Notes: generated by a model not told the origin, from the letters alone. A DNA stretch of 64,000 bases from Carcharhinus longimanus (GCA_030264375.1 JASCQW010000061.1:72808412-72872411), one strand, 5' to 3'. Shown: positions 1 through 11,888, counted from the stretch's first letter. Program-made: numbers and translations.

Positions 1-1121
1 GATGAGAACTCAAGGAAATAAGTTGACCACCTGCACATGTTGCTTGTGCAATGACCACAAAATCGCACGGACAACATAAGATTCCTTTCAATTGTTTAAT
101 TAATGGCCTTAATTGGCCCATGAAGTGTCAGCAGTCACACTTCTAACTTCTGTGGATGGTCATCAACCATAATATCATTGTGTGCATGATGAAGTTAGTG
201 TGCTCTCCCAACATGCTCTCCCACATTTAATGCAAGTTCAGGCTGGGACCATACCTGTTTTCTTCTGATAAAATTCCGACCCTGGTGTTTCGGTAAAGTG
301 CCGATTGTAGACCAGTCATTTTCCTTGATGGATGATTCTCCCTGAAACATACAAACCTGCGTACTTGACCAAGTCAATGGTGTCGTGACAGACCATCCAT
401 CTCATTCTCATTCTTCCTCTTGTGGGTAATATGTGGTCTAGGCAGAAGACTCAGCAAAGATAAAGAATGTCCATGTCCTCAAAGAACAGTGCAGACCATC
501 AAGACCTAGAAGGCCAAATTTGAAATAATTTTAAATTGAACAAAACTGAAATGCTTTTAAATGAACCATAAATTGCCCAACTGGAATAATTTCAACTTTG
601 CAATTTGTTTTGGACCTGATCTTAACTGGGATTTAAAAGCCAGCATCTGGTTGTGGTGATTTACAATATCATGTCACACACTCTATATAGTTTGGCACCA
701 TTTTAGAACTGAAGTGTTATTTGTGGGAGGCAAAGCTTGCCAAACAAGCATACTAACTTATGCTGACACAAGAAATTTATCGATAGATTAAGAAAGATCC
801 ATTAATTACACCATTTTAAATAATTGTTTTTAACTAAACCTATTGTGCAGTACACAAGCTAACATCATAAATATTAACCTGGTTCCAGTGAAAGGCTACT
901 CAAAAATTACAGACCCTCTGCAATTTGGCTTGTGGATTAGTTACAAATTAGGGGGTTGGGGTGAGAGGATGAGGCTCACAGAATATAACTGTTTGAAACC
1001 TAGAACCTACTTGAAGTAAGTGTGGACATAAATATTTTCAATTGTCAGTGCATAGGCTTAAAATTATTTACCAGTTGCACATAATGTGGTTTTTAACTTC
1101 CTTGTCTATCTTCCATGTCAG

Positions 1122-1209
1122 GTTGCTTTGTTGAGAGCTCATGCTGGGGAACACTTATTGCTTGGAGTGGCAAAACGATCCATGTTATACAAGGATGTCC
1201 TATTACTAG
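1122..1209 (+). CDS. HNF4G: HNF4-gamma coding exon (ligand-binding domain, 88 bp)
   Basis: AG at 1120-1121 and GT at 1210-1211. Translates [29 protein letters not shown](G), the HNF4 LBD segment with the fatty-acid-contacting Arg (RAHAG). Confidence 0.96.
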
Positions 1210-1342
1210 GTAAAAATTTCCTGACAATCACATATCTTATAGCTAACATTAAAAAAATATTTTCCACAGAACTAATATATTATAGTGAGCAATTCTTAAT
1301 TTTATAAAATGCAATACTGACCACTGATGCCACTTTCAACAG

Positions 1343-1495
1343 GGAATGATTACGCTATACACCGCAACAGCCCAGAAATGGAAATTAGTCGTGTGGCAAA
1401 TAGGATTTTGGATGAGTTGGTGCAGCCTTTCCAGGAAATTCAGATCGATGATAATGAATATGCCTGTTTGAAAGCAATAGTTTTCTTTGATCCAG
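1343..1495 (+). CDS. HNF4G: HNF4-gamma coding exon (LBD, 153 bp)
   Basis: Acceptor CAACAG| and donor |GTCAGT; phase matches the previous exon. Translates (G)[63 protein letters not shown] is gamma-like, whereas HNF4A has VPRHCPELAEMSRVSIR. Not in the ORF track. Confidence 0.96.
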
Positions 1496-1715
1496 GTCAG
1501 TGCTGATTTTCACATTGGAAAGAATATTTAGCATTGCGTCATGGTGGCAAGTGTATTCCACTGGAAGTAGCAAATAGTTATTTCAATTTTTAAATGCCTG
1601 AATTTGGGGTTTGAATTGAATCACCCCCTTTTTGACAATGAAGCAGTTTCATTTCAGCCATGAGGGAAAAAAATTATAAAGCCAGCATTTCTGGTGTCCA
1701 CTTGGAGCCCGTGAA

Positions 1716-1895
1716 GTGGAGATGCTAGGGCTGGACTGGGGTGGGTACAGTAAGCTGNNNNNNNNNNNNNNNNNNNNNNNNNNNNAACAGGTTTATCTGG
1801 AATCACAAACTTTCGGAGTGCTGCTCCTTCATCAGGTCACTCACCAAATAAACCTGTTGGACTTTAATCTGGTGTGAAGATACTGCTTACTGTCC
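1716..1895. mobile_element. Palindromic Penelope-derived short repeat carrying a hammerhead-like core
   Basis: Inverted arms ACAGTAAGC/GCTTACTGT and AACAGGTTTAT/ATAAACCTGTT. A gap lies at 1758-1785. Confidence 0.7.
1801..1840 (-). ncRNA. Minimal hammerhead ribozyme-like motif
   Basis: Minus strand GTGAC-CTGATGA-A-GGAG-CAGCA-CTCC-GAAA-GTTT-GTGA: conserved CUGAUGA and GAAA boxes around stem II; stems I and III are imperfect. Confidence 0.6.
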
Positions 1896-3052
1896 TAGGA
1901 ACCCAGGTAGTTGCACCATGTACTCATACCAAGCAAGGCTCTGCATTAAGATTGTGATTTTAGAATATGACCCCTTTTGTAATGGGCCTTATTTTTATTC
2001 CTGAGGTGGAGAGAGTAAATTGGGGAATATCCCAGTTCAATGCACCCACGTTGGGAGATAGCACCCAATCAGACCCAATTTTCACTCAGCGGTGGTGGCT
2101 GCAGGAAGAAGTCAAGCCCTGCACCCGTGGACTCGAATCAAATGGGGCGTGTAAATTGCCAAAGCGGGTTATTTAAAAGGCCCACCTCTATTCTCTGGGA
2201 CTTCTCCCAGTTGTTTCTTTAAATTTTAGGCCTTCTAGTCCTCATCCCTCACAGCCCATCATCTCCCCAGCTGCTCCAAAGCCCTTATGTCAACCCTTAT
2301 CCCCCACCCTTTACTCTTATAATCTCCATGCCAACTGACTCAGTATTCACCATGAGCAAGCCTCAGGAGCCATGTTAAAATAAAATAAAATAAATGTCTA
2401 AATATTGATTACAGCCTTTATTATAGTAATAAAATGCCACTCCCATTCATGAAAGCTTATTCAACACATGAAGGTGCCTTCAAGTGTATAGTCCCTTATA
2501 AATATAAGAAGCCCTGTTTTCATAAGCCCACATCAAAGGATAGATAATCCTTTAATAGCCTATTTTTCTTGTAAATCAAATTGCGAACTCAATACATCCT
2601 GCTGAGATAATCATAGGTGTGAAAAACAGCCACTCATTAATAATGATATGATGTTAGCCCTTGGGAATATATCACCAAACAGCTATTGTAATTACTAAAA
2701 GTTTTTTTTAGTTCAACTGTCACAGACACAGGCAGTCTTTTTTCATTTTTTTAAAGGACTGGGGATTTAGATAATTTCACATTTGAGTTTTTTTTTACCT
2801 TTCACTGACACAGTGGTGAATGGAAAATCACCTGTACTGTCCCCAGACATGAGTGGCACAATAGAACTCTTTTTTCACCTACCATACTTCACTAAACAAA
2901 TCCTCACTATAAAAGCTCAGTTGCCAATAGGCAACTTGTATTTCTTTGACATTTATTTGAGTTTGTGTTATCCTTTTTGTTTGTAATCTTCTTCTCCACT
3001 AGTGACAAAAAGGTGCCCAATTTTCTATCACTTTCTTTTTATTTTGTCACAG

Positions 3053-3289
3053 ATGCTAAGGCTTTAAACAATCCATCAAAAATCAAGGATATGCGTTACC
3101 AAGTGCAAGTTAGTTTGGAAGATTACATTAATGATCGACAGTATGATTCCCGAGGGCGATTCGGAGAATTGCTACTTCTGTTGCCAACTCTTCAAAGTAT
3201 AACTTGGCAGATGATTGAACAAATTCAATTTGTTAAACTTTTTGGGCTAGCTAAAATTGACAACTTACTCCAAGAAATGCTGCTAGGAG
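3053..3289 (+). CDS. HNF4G: HNF4-gamma coding exon (LBD C-terminus and AF-2, 237 bp)
   Basis: Polypyrimidine tract plus CACAG| and donor |GTATGT. Translates (D)[78 protein letters not shown]. Confidence 0.97.
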
Positions 3290-3859
3290 GTATGTATGAT
3301 TTCATTTCAGATCCAGTCAATTGTACCACAGTTTTTTAAAAATAATCCATCATTAAACTCAAAATGGCACTAATCTTTTCCCGTTTCAATACTTTACCTC
3401 TACAGTATTACTGGGAATTTCCTCCTAGGATTTTCCGATCAGCCGCTGTAGCCTGTGGCTGAAGATTGGTGGACATCCTGGACAGACATGTAAACAGAGT
3501 TTCCACCAAATTCCTAGTGGCCATTTGGGTGGGCCTCAAAAGGATTCTTGCCACCTATCTAATTGAGACTGCCTTTTTCCAGTCAATTTCAGTGCTTATT
3601 GTAACCCAAATTGTTAGCTGCAGAAATTGGCTGGCATGTTTTCCTACCAAAATGAGTGACCACACTTCAAGAAGCACTTCATTGCTCATATGCTATTTCT
3701 TCACTCACCCATTTTTAAAATGTATCTTTCTGATAGAACAGTAGTTTGGAAGATGACCATTCCTTTACCTCTGCCAATACTACTCTGCATTTAAGCTTTC
3801 ATTGCAGCTAAATTTAGATATTCAACTGATACTTCATTCCCTTTGTTCACTTGATTCCT

Positions 3860-4770
3860 CCAATTTGGCGCTCCTAAAATTGGAAACTCTTTTTGAGAAA
3901 TTATAGACAAGACCTTGAGTCTTACAAATGACCAACATTTGGTTGAAGAAGCAGATGTTAAGGGATATCTCAAAAGAGGAAAGAGAGTTAAAGAGGTGGA
4001 GAAATTGAGGAAGGAAATTCCAAAATTTAGGCTAGGTTTTCTGGCCACATTCATCCTGAAACTGGAAAATCCCATCCAAAGTCAACAGAACTTTCCATGA
4101 TCCACCCCTCACCCGTTATGATTCCCATGGCAGGTGGAATGGGAAAATTTGAGTCTTAGGATCTAGGCTGCTGATGGCTCAGTCACCAATGGGGGAGCGA
4201 CTAAGTTGGAGATGTTCAGGAAGCAGCAATGAGGAAAGCACAGATGTCTTGGTGGGTGACAGGGCTAGAAGAGATGACAGGATAAGGGAGCAGTTAGACC
4301 ATGGAGAGATTCAAAAACAAGGTTGCAAGTTTGAATGTTGAGTTATCATTAAGCTGAAATTCAGTGTAGGTCAGCAAGCACAGATGGACACCATTTAGCA
4401 TGAGTTCGACACTGGCAGCATTATTTTGGGTGATCAGATGTTTTTGGAGGTTAGAACATGAATGGATGGCCAGAAGTGCATTAGAGAAGTCAAGTCTGAA
4501 GGTTACAAAGGTATGGATGAGTTTCAGCAGAAGAAGAGTTTAGAGACAGATCCAGTTATTGAAGTGGAAATTGGTGGTCTTAGTGATGGTGCAGACATAT
4601 AGTTGAAAGCTCATTGTGGGGTCAGATATAGCAGTGAGATTGTGAGCAATCTTGAGACTGTTGCCAGGGAGATCGGTAAAATCAAGAGTGAGGGAGCAGA
4701 TTTTGTGGTGGGGACTGAAGACAATAATATCAGTTTTCCTCATACTTCATTGGAGGATATTTCTGCTCAA
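3860..4770 (-). mobile_element. L2 LINE 3' remnant interrupted by a MITE (about 4040-4150)
   Basis: The reverse complement of 4490-4520 reads IHTFVTFRLDF (L2 RT C-terminal IHAFVTSRLDY). Similar to 8270-8850 and 56350-56720. Confidence 0.6.
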
Positions 4771-5468
4771 TCACACCTCCACAATTTCAATCCCTGTGAA
4801 GTCCTCTTGAGGACAAGTGGCCCAAGGCACTAGAATATTCCACAGACTAGTCAACAACAAGTTGACATAGACATATTCACAGAAACATATATTCGTTGAA
4901 AATGTATGCATGATTATTCTGTAACCTTGATATTTGCTCAACTTTGTTCTTACAAATAAAGTAAACACAAGTGCTCATTAACTCCATACAGTGATTGTCA
5001 GCTCGTCAGTGTTTTATTATTTTAGGCAACGATAGTTGAATGTTCAAGTGGAAGTTTCATTTGACTAGTTAATAAGAATAGTTCCAAAATTATGTATTGT
5101 CTCCCAGTCACATTGACAAAGTGCTCCAGCATCAACTCTCACATTTGTATGACTGCTTGTACCTTGACTGCAACATTTACCAGTTCTTTCCAGTTTTAAT
5201 GAGTATTCAGTTTACAAAAGTACACACAATGCATATTTACACAGCTGAACATTTATATAAAAATTGTGACTGCTTCAGATGTGTGTTTAATTGCTATATT
5301 TCATTTATAAACTAAGAAAAAATATTGAATGCCACAATACACTTGTATTCACCAAAAAACTGGATCTGTTCATGTTAGTTCTAGAAACATTTGTAAGCAT
5401 GTATTTGAAGCAGTTTGATTTTTGTCCAGGCTATTTTTAGAATGTTCTTAAATTTTTCTTCTTTGTAG

Positions 5469-5591
5469 GTACAACGAGCGATCCATCCCACCTTCATCAT
5501 CCTGGGCACCCTCATGTAGCCCAGGATCCCATGACAGGCCAGACTATTCTGATCAGTTCAATGCCTGCAGCAGGTCACAGTGAACAAATGT
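5469..5591 (+). CDS. HNF4G: HNF4-gamma coding exon (F domain, 123 bp)
   Basis: TTTGTAG| and |GTAGGT. Translates (G)TTSDPSHLHHPGHPHVAQDPMTGQTILISSMPAAGHSEQM, matching the HNF4G F domain (SHLHHPMHPHLSQDPLTGQTIL). Confidence 0.95.
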
Positions 5592-6043
5592 GTAGGTTTT
5601 CTTTTTGTATTGTTGATTGCATATTTTTAAAATGGAATGTAATAACAGTATTTGGATCCTCTGTAATTCAGCAATATTAACAAAGAAGGGAGTAAAAGAA
5701 ATTGCATTTATATTGCACATTTCATGTTTTTGGGATGTCACAAGAACACAAGAAACAGAAACAAGAGTAGACCACATGGCCCATCAAGCATACTGTCCCA
5801 TTCAATCCAAACATGGCTGACCTTGGGTTTCAACTCCACTTTCCTTCCTGCTTCCCATATCCCTTAATTGCCTGAGAGATTAAAAATATGTCATACTATT
5901 TTGTGGAGGAATGGCATAGAAAGAGGGAGGATGAGGGGCCAGAAGCTCCACTGCAGTAATAGCAGGAGCAATGGGAGGGTTCTGGCTGGGCAAAACATAG
6001 GGGATTGGCAGTAATCAGCTCCATTGAGGTAAGCCTTTAGTGG

Positions 6044-6267
6044 TGTAATAACTCTTCAGAGGTAGAAGTTTCTTCATCAAAATCCTTTTATTTACAATTC
6101 CAACAGCAATACACAGAGTACTAGCAGTCTACCTTCAGGAGTCCCAGAGGAACTGAAACTCCTGGTTAAATACAAGGAAAAGACTATTGGCCCCCCAATT
6201 GACTCCTTTAATCAGGGAGTTCATATTCCAATAGGCCAACCTCAATAGCCTGACTGAAGTCATTACA
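6044..6267 (-). mobile_element. Solo LTR, 224 bp, with 5-bp TSD AGTGG
   Basis: TG...CA ends; terminal inverted repeat TGTAATAACT / AGTCATTACA (9/10); AGTGG at 6039-6043 and 6268-6272; AATAAA on the minus strand near 6090. Confidence 0.85.
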
Positions 6268-6564
6268 AGTGGCCTAAAATACTTCACAACCCACAGGTAC
6301 TTTGGAATGAAAGCAAATTACTGCAGATGTGGGAACCTGAAACAGAAATGCTGGAAAATCTCAGCAGGTCTGACAGCGTCCGTGGAGAGGGACATTGCAA
6401 ATTTACTTTGTACTTGGAAATTTAATACTTCGGAAACTTAGTTGTTGTTGAAATGCGAGAGCGCTAACACAATACTAAGGCTGACATTTATAATTAGAAG
6501 TGCATTACCACGACATCCTATTGAAAGTTCATCAGGCATAAATTGTGGAGTCACATTTCATGCC

Positions 6565-6835
6565 ATTAAGTGTCAGCTTTTGCTCAGTCTGCTCTTCCTG
6601 GTTAACATAAAAGATCCCCTGGCACTAGCGTAGGATGAGGCGGGGCCTTAGTATCTTGGCTAGCATTTTTACACTACTTGGTCATTTAGTTAATTGAATA
6701 CTTGCTATGCACAAAGTTTCTGCTACGTCTCCTATTTTACAATGATGATTATGTGTCAAAAGTATAGCAGTGGCTGTAAACCACTTTGGGATGTCTTGAG
6801 ATCATGGCTGACCTGATATGAATGCAAGTTTTTTT
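6565..6835 (+). mobile_element. DeuSINE-like SINE remnant
   Basis: Deu-domain words AAAAGATCCCCTGGCACTA and TTGCTATGCACAAA; tail GGCTGTAAACCACTTTGGGATGTC...AATGCAAGTTT. Related fragments at about 3610-3690 and 43560-43845. Confidence 0.65.
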
Positions 6836-7142
6836 CTTTATTCCTCATGGCACAGGCAACACAGATATATATCTAAGTGCAGAATCACCTTTAACAGAAG
6901 GATTATCAGGATCTTATCGGCACCTTTATAGGTCACACCAATACCTGTTCTTGCTTTTGTTCAACTGCTGCAGTATAGCACACACAACTCCCGCATGCAA
7001 CTCTGGAAATCAACACCACACAGTGATTGGACCATCACCAGGGAATTTGCAGAAATCCCACACAAAATCAATTGTTTACAACAATATTAATGATCTGATT
7101 AACACAACTTGTTTCCTCACTTGAATTTAGGATTAGAGTCTT

Positions 7143-7266
7143 TGGGTGGGATTTTTCAGACAGGCTTGACTCGAAACCAGGAAATCCCACCCAAGGTCAA
7201 CAGACCTTTGCATGGTCCGCACCTCCCACCCTCCCCTCGTGGCAGGCAGGATGGGAAAGTTCCGTC
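7143..7266. mobile_element. Short MITE (Harbinger-type GGGCGGGATTTT-like ends)
   Basis: Shares AATCCC(A/G)CCC(G/A)AGGTCAA(T/C)GG and terminal motifs with copies at about 4040-4150, 13515-13640, 14385-14500, 43318-43440 and 44495-44626. Confidence 0.6.
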
Positions 7267-7898
7267 CTTTGTCTGTTATAAATGGTTATTCACATTATGC
7301 ACATCAAATGTGAATGGACTGCAATCTCTTTCAATTCATTAGTTTAGACGATGCATGGATGGCACGAGTAAAATTCAGGTGGAACCATGATCTATTGATT
7401 ACACTTCTACCCTTCAGGATACTGGAAAGCTTTATTTCTGATACTACATTTATTCACAACAGTATTGTTTTTATCTTGCCATTCTGTATAAGGAGCATTG
7501 TGCATAGTTGAAGAGCATATCTTTAGCGAAATGTCATGAAAGATAAGGTGTAAGATATTATCTGATGGTGCTAATATGTAGCTTATCTTTTCCACGTTTA
7601 CAAAATCAATTCATAGAATGACACCAAAGTGCCAAGATTAAAGTCTAAGTAGATGTAAACTTGGAAACATAGCACAGAAGGTCAAGATTCTCCAGGAATC
7701 TAAGATTAATTATTATTTTCATGTTTCAAATACTTTTTAAATGTTGTATTTTATTAGAAGCGTGAAGATAATATTCATACTAAAGAGAGCTTGTTTAGAG
7801 TTAGGAAACTCATGACAAAGAAAAAGCACATAAGATTGGGTTTGAATTTCAGTTTGCTGCCCAAATGTAAACTGGAGCTGGGTGTTGACTATTTGCTA

Positions 7899-8180
7899 GG
7901 GCTGTACAGTGGCACAGTGATTTGCATTGCTGCCTCATAGTGCCAGCAGACTTGAGTGACTGTCTGGAGTTTGCACATTCTCCACATGTCTGCATGGGAT
8001 TCCTCCAGGTGCTTCCCTTTCCTCCCACAGTCCAAATGTGTGTGGGTTAGGTTGATTGATCATGTTAAATTATCAGGGTAAATGCATGGGGTTCTGGGGA
8101 TAGGACCTGGATGGGATTGTTGTCAGTGCAGACTTGATGGGCTGAGTGTACTCCTTCTGCAACTGTAAGGATTATATGAT
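7899..8180 (+). mobile_element. HE1-type V-SINE
   Basis: tRNA-like head GTGGCACAGTG...GCTGCCTCA, V-domain TTCCTCCCACAGTCCAAA and a CR1-like tail. Confidence 0.8.
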
Positions 8181-8269
8181 TTGAGAGAAACTGCCTGTTT
8201 TTTAATCTCTAATTAACCTCTGGGTGGCACATTGATGATTTAAATTGATGACCCCTTGTTAATGTACAG

Positions 8270-8850
8270 ATAAATAAGACATACATCAACACTGCACTGC
8301 TCAGCTAGCACCTTGTCAATTTGCATCATCCCAATTAGAAACTCTGCAACTTGTTCCAGTGACAACCTAAATTTATATAGCATCTTTAACATAATAAAAT
8401 GTCACAAGTACTTCGCTGGACCAGATTAGACATCGAGCCAATTAACACAATATTAGGGCTGATAGCTAAAAGCTTGGTCAAAGAGGTAGCTTTTAAAGAA
8501 CATCCTGAAAGAAGAAAGCATAATAAAAAGGCAGTGAAGTGTAGGGAGGGAATTCCAGAGCTTAGCAGTCTAGGTAGCTGAAGACTGAAAGAACAATTAA
8601 AATCAAGAATGGTCAAGAGGCTAGAATTAGCCAAATGCAGCATATTATCTTGGAGCATTGTAGGGTTGTTTGAAGTTCCTAAGATACCGAGATGAGGCAG
8701 GGCCAGGAAGTGAGTTGAAAGGGATGAAAGTTTAAAAATGGAAGCATTCCTTGACTGGGAGTCAGTATGTGGGCATGAGAGTGACAGATGAACATGAACT
8801 TAGTGTAAACAAGGACATGGGCACAGTAACCTCAATATAGGGAGAGGAAA
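8270..8850 (-). mobile_element. L2 LINE 3' remnant
   Basis: AAAAGCTTGGTCAAAGAGGTAG...GGGAGGGAATTCCAGAGCTTAG is shared with the other L2-like fragments in the window. Confidence 0.55.
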
Positions 8851-9147
8851 ATGTGGTATGCCAGAAAACAGGACAGAAACAAGGAAATGGCCTGCAAAGG
8901 TAGCACCATCAGGACCTTATTACTTTGTGGCTTGATGTGAGGGACCAAATGGGATGCTATGCATAATAAAAAGGATGAAAACAATGAGGATGCTGGAGGC
9001 CTTTAGGACAGTTGAAGTTTTGATCCTCCGGAAATGGAAACACAGCATTTCACCTATTATGACACAACACATTAAAAAAACGTCTTAAGTATTAATTCTG
9101 TTTTACAGTTGACATGTGAGAGAACATGTTTCCTGTTGTTTTCTTAT

Positions 9148-9720
9148 CTAGTTAGACATTTGGAGTATTGTGAGCAGTTTTGGGCCCCATGTTTAAGGAA
9201 GGATGTGCTGGCGTTGGAAAGGGTCCAGAAGAGGTTCACAAGAATGAGCCCTGGAATGAAGAGCTCGTCATTTGAGGAATGGTTGAGGACTCTGGGTCTG
9301 TACTCGTTGTAGTTTAGAAGGGTGAGGGGGGATCTTATTGAAATTTAGAGGATACTGCAAGGCCTGGATAGAGTGGATGTGGAAAGGACGTTTGCAGTAG
9401 TTGGAAAAACTAAAACCAGAGGGCACAACCTCAGGCTAAAGAGATAATCCTTTGAAACAGAGATGAGGAAGAATTTCTTCGGCCAGAGAGTGGTGAATCT
9501 GTGGAATTCTTTGCCGCAGAAGGCTGTGGAGATCAGGTCATTGAACGTCTTCAATGCAGAGATAGATGGATTCTTGATTAATAAGGGGGTCAGGAGTTAT
9601 GGGGAAAAGGCAGGAGAATGGGGGTGAGAGAAATATCAGCCATGATTGAATGGCAGAGCAGACTCAATGGGCCGAGTGGCCTAATTCTGCTCCTATGTCT
9701 TATGGTATTATGGTCTTATA
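9148..9720 (+). mobile_element. CR1 (HER1-like) LINE 3' end in the last HNF4G intron
   Basis: [14 protein letters not shown]...ERVQKRFTRM (CR1 ORF2 C-terminus) and a (TCTTATGG)-like tandem tail. Confidence 0.9.
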
Positions 9721-9784
9721 TATTTGTCATTCAAAATGCCATGACTGTGACCACTGCATTGTTTTTGTGTGCATTTCTCTGCAG

Positions 9785-9909
9785 CTACACCTGAAACCCC
9801 ACTACCATCTCCTCCACAAGGTTCAGGACAAGAACAATATAAACTTGCTTCAAACAGCCACTCAGTTATTTCTCAACAAGTGCCATTGCCAAAGCAGAAA
9901 GGCTTGTGA
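9785..9909 (+). CDS. HNF4G: HNF4-gamma last coding exon, stop TGA at 9907-9909
   Basis: TTTCTCTGCAG|. Translates (S)TPETPLPSPPQGSGQEQYKLASNSHSVISQQVPLPKQKGL*. TPETPLPSPPQGSGQEQYK is diagnostic of HNF4G. Confidence 0.96.
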
Positions 9910-11265
9910 TGTCAAGTTTAAACTTAAGAATGGCAGCTTGTGCTTTCTGAACACTTCAAAACCAGGAAATGGAATCAAGTTGTCAAACCGCTTGTAGGAT
10001 CAAGCCACAGGTGGATAGAAAACACTGCCGTTTTATGCTGTCTGTGTTAATGGCTGTTTAATTTTTTTTTAACTTTGCCAATACTTGTTTTTGTGGGGTT
10101 TACCATTATGGGAGCAAAAAGATATTGCTCTTAAACACAAGTTGCAATCTCAGGTTAATATTTCAAAAGGATTTGGTTCAAGTTATTTGTATAATGGCAA
10201 AACAATCTTGGTTCATATCCAAAGTTAATGTTGTAATTTTTATGAATTATAGGTTAGATTAATCAATTTACATTTTGTTAGTTCTTACACTTTTTCCCAT
10301 TTTGGTGCAACCATTATTTAGATCTATGACAAGGAGTAAATGGGCTATTTCATACCAGGTTATGTATATACTGTACATTCTGCCTTCTAAGACTGGCTTC
10401 ACTTTCATTTTGTTTTAAAGTAATTGTAAACTGAAGGCGATGAATTCAGGTCTATAAATGACTGAACATCTGACATCCCAACCATGACTGGAAAACTCCA
10501 GTCTGGAACACATGATATTATAGCCAACATCACATTACCAGATTTTTGCATTCTACATCACTCTACTTAAAACCTTTCCTATTTTGAGTGTTGCTATTTA
10601 GATGCATACCTTACAGTATCAGCCCAGTATATCTCTTAGCAGCAGCAGTGTGGCTGTTGGGCTTTACCACATGGTTTTACATTGCATGACCAGAAGAGGG
10701 AGCTTTATTGAAAACAAATACAAATCCTTTCTAGCAGAAGATGACTGCACTATTCTGTGTCTGTTTAGATGTGTGGTGATCCCAAATCAGATTAGCTTCC
10801 AGAGTAATATCAAAGTTTAACATTTAACGCTTCAATGTAGATCCATAGATATTATTCAGAAATAGATTTTGCTCAATAGTTTTTGACTGAAAAGAAAGCT
10901 GCCTTAAAATGTATCAATACATCTTCTCCCTCATGGAAACTGATGAATCCATTTACAACTGTTCCTTGGTTTGTACATACAGAGTGAACAATTATATAAT
11001 CATTGTAATTTATTCTGATGCAATGATCTATTTTATAAACATGAAATTATTTTTGTATGAATTATTGTGAAGGAATCAAAAATTATCAATTTCTGGAAGA
11101 AAATCGATACTGGAATGTAAAGTATTCACAATTTTTAAATACTTGATGACATTGTATAAGTGAGATGAGTGCTCAGCACATTGCATGTACTTACTACATT
11201 TTCAGAAAATTGGAGTTCTCCATGTGTAAAAATACAAATAAATGTCAATACCTTTCAAATTGTGA
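9910..11265 (+). other. HNF4G: HNF4G 3'UTR (about 1.35 kb)
   Basis: Repeat-free AU-rich stretch from the stop codon to AATAAA. Repeats resume right after about 11320. Confidence 0.65.
11237..11242 (+). promoter_or_regulatory. Polyadenylation signal AATAAA
   Basis: Canonical hexamer at the end of the AU-rich block, with T/GT-rich sequence downstream (about 11290-11340). Confidence 0.65.
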
Positions 11266-11473
11266 AGCATAACTTGACATCTGCTAGCTCCTGTTTTGAG
11301 TGCTACATATTACTTTTGCACCTTTCTTGATTTGTTCTTGGGATGTGAGTGTTGCTGGCATGGCCAGCATTTATTTCCCATCCCTTTAGCCTTTGAAAAG
11401 AGAGTTTATGAAAGACCAAAATTGTTAATCAATAACCGTGTATATCAATATCGTTACACTAGAACTTACACTA

Positions 11474-11888
11474 GGGGTAGCACGGTGGCACAGCGGTTAG
11501 CACTGCTGCCTCACAATGTCAGGGACCTGGCTTGCGTCACTGTCTATGCGGAGACTGNNNNNNNNNNNNNNNNNNNNNNNNNNNNNNNNNNNNNNNNNNN
11601 NNNNNNNNNNNNNNNNNNNNNNNNNNNNNNNNNNNNNNNNNNNNNNNNNNNNNNNNNTTCACTCTGTTCAGCTCTGAGTTTCCTCTGGGTGCACTGGTTT
11701 CCTCCCACAGTCTGAAAGATGTGCAGGTTAGGTGGATAGGGCTTGCTAAATTCTCCCTTAGTGTCCGGGGGACTGGCAAAGTAAATACATTGGGTTGTGG
11801 GGATAGGGCCTGGGTGGCATTGTGGTCGGTGCAGACTCACTGGGCCAAATGGCCTCCTCCATGCTGTAGTGATTCTGTAATTCTATGA
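11474..11888 (+). mobile_element. HE1-type V-SINE (100-N gap inside)
   Basis: GGGTAGCACGGTGGCACAGCGGTTAGCACTGCTGCCTCACA head and GATTCTGTAATTCTATGA tail. Confidence 0.88.

Noticed and set aside
9650-9997. 115-aa ORF overlapping the last HNF4G exon
   Set aside because: Wrong frame and starts in a CR1 tail; the real frame is fixed by splice phase.
11474-11540. tRNA genes at SINE heads
   Set aside because: A/B boxes belong to tRNA-derived SINE heads with no complete cloverleaf.
11296-11888. ORFs containing X runs (also at about 18189, 38632, 52609, 53927 and 62069)
   Set aside because: Artefacts of reading through N-gaps inside repeats.
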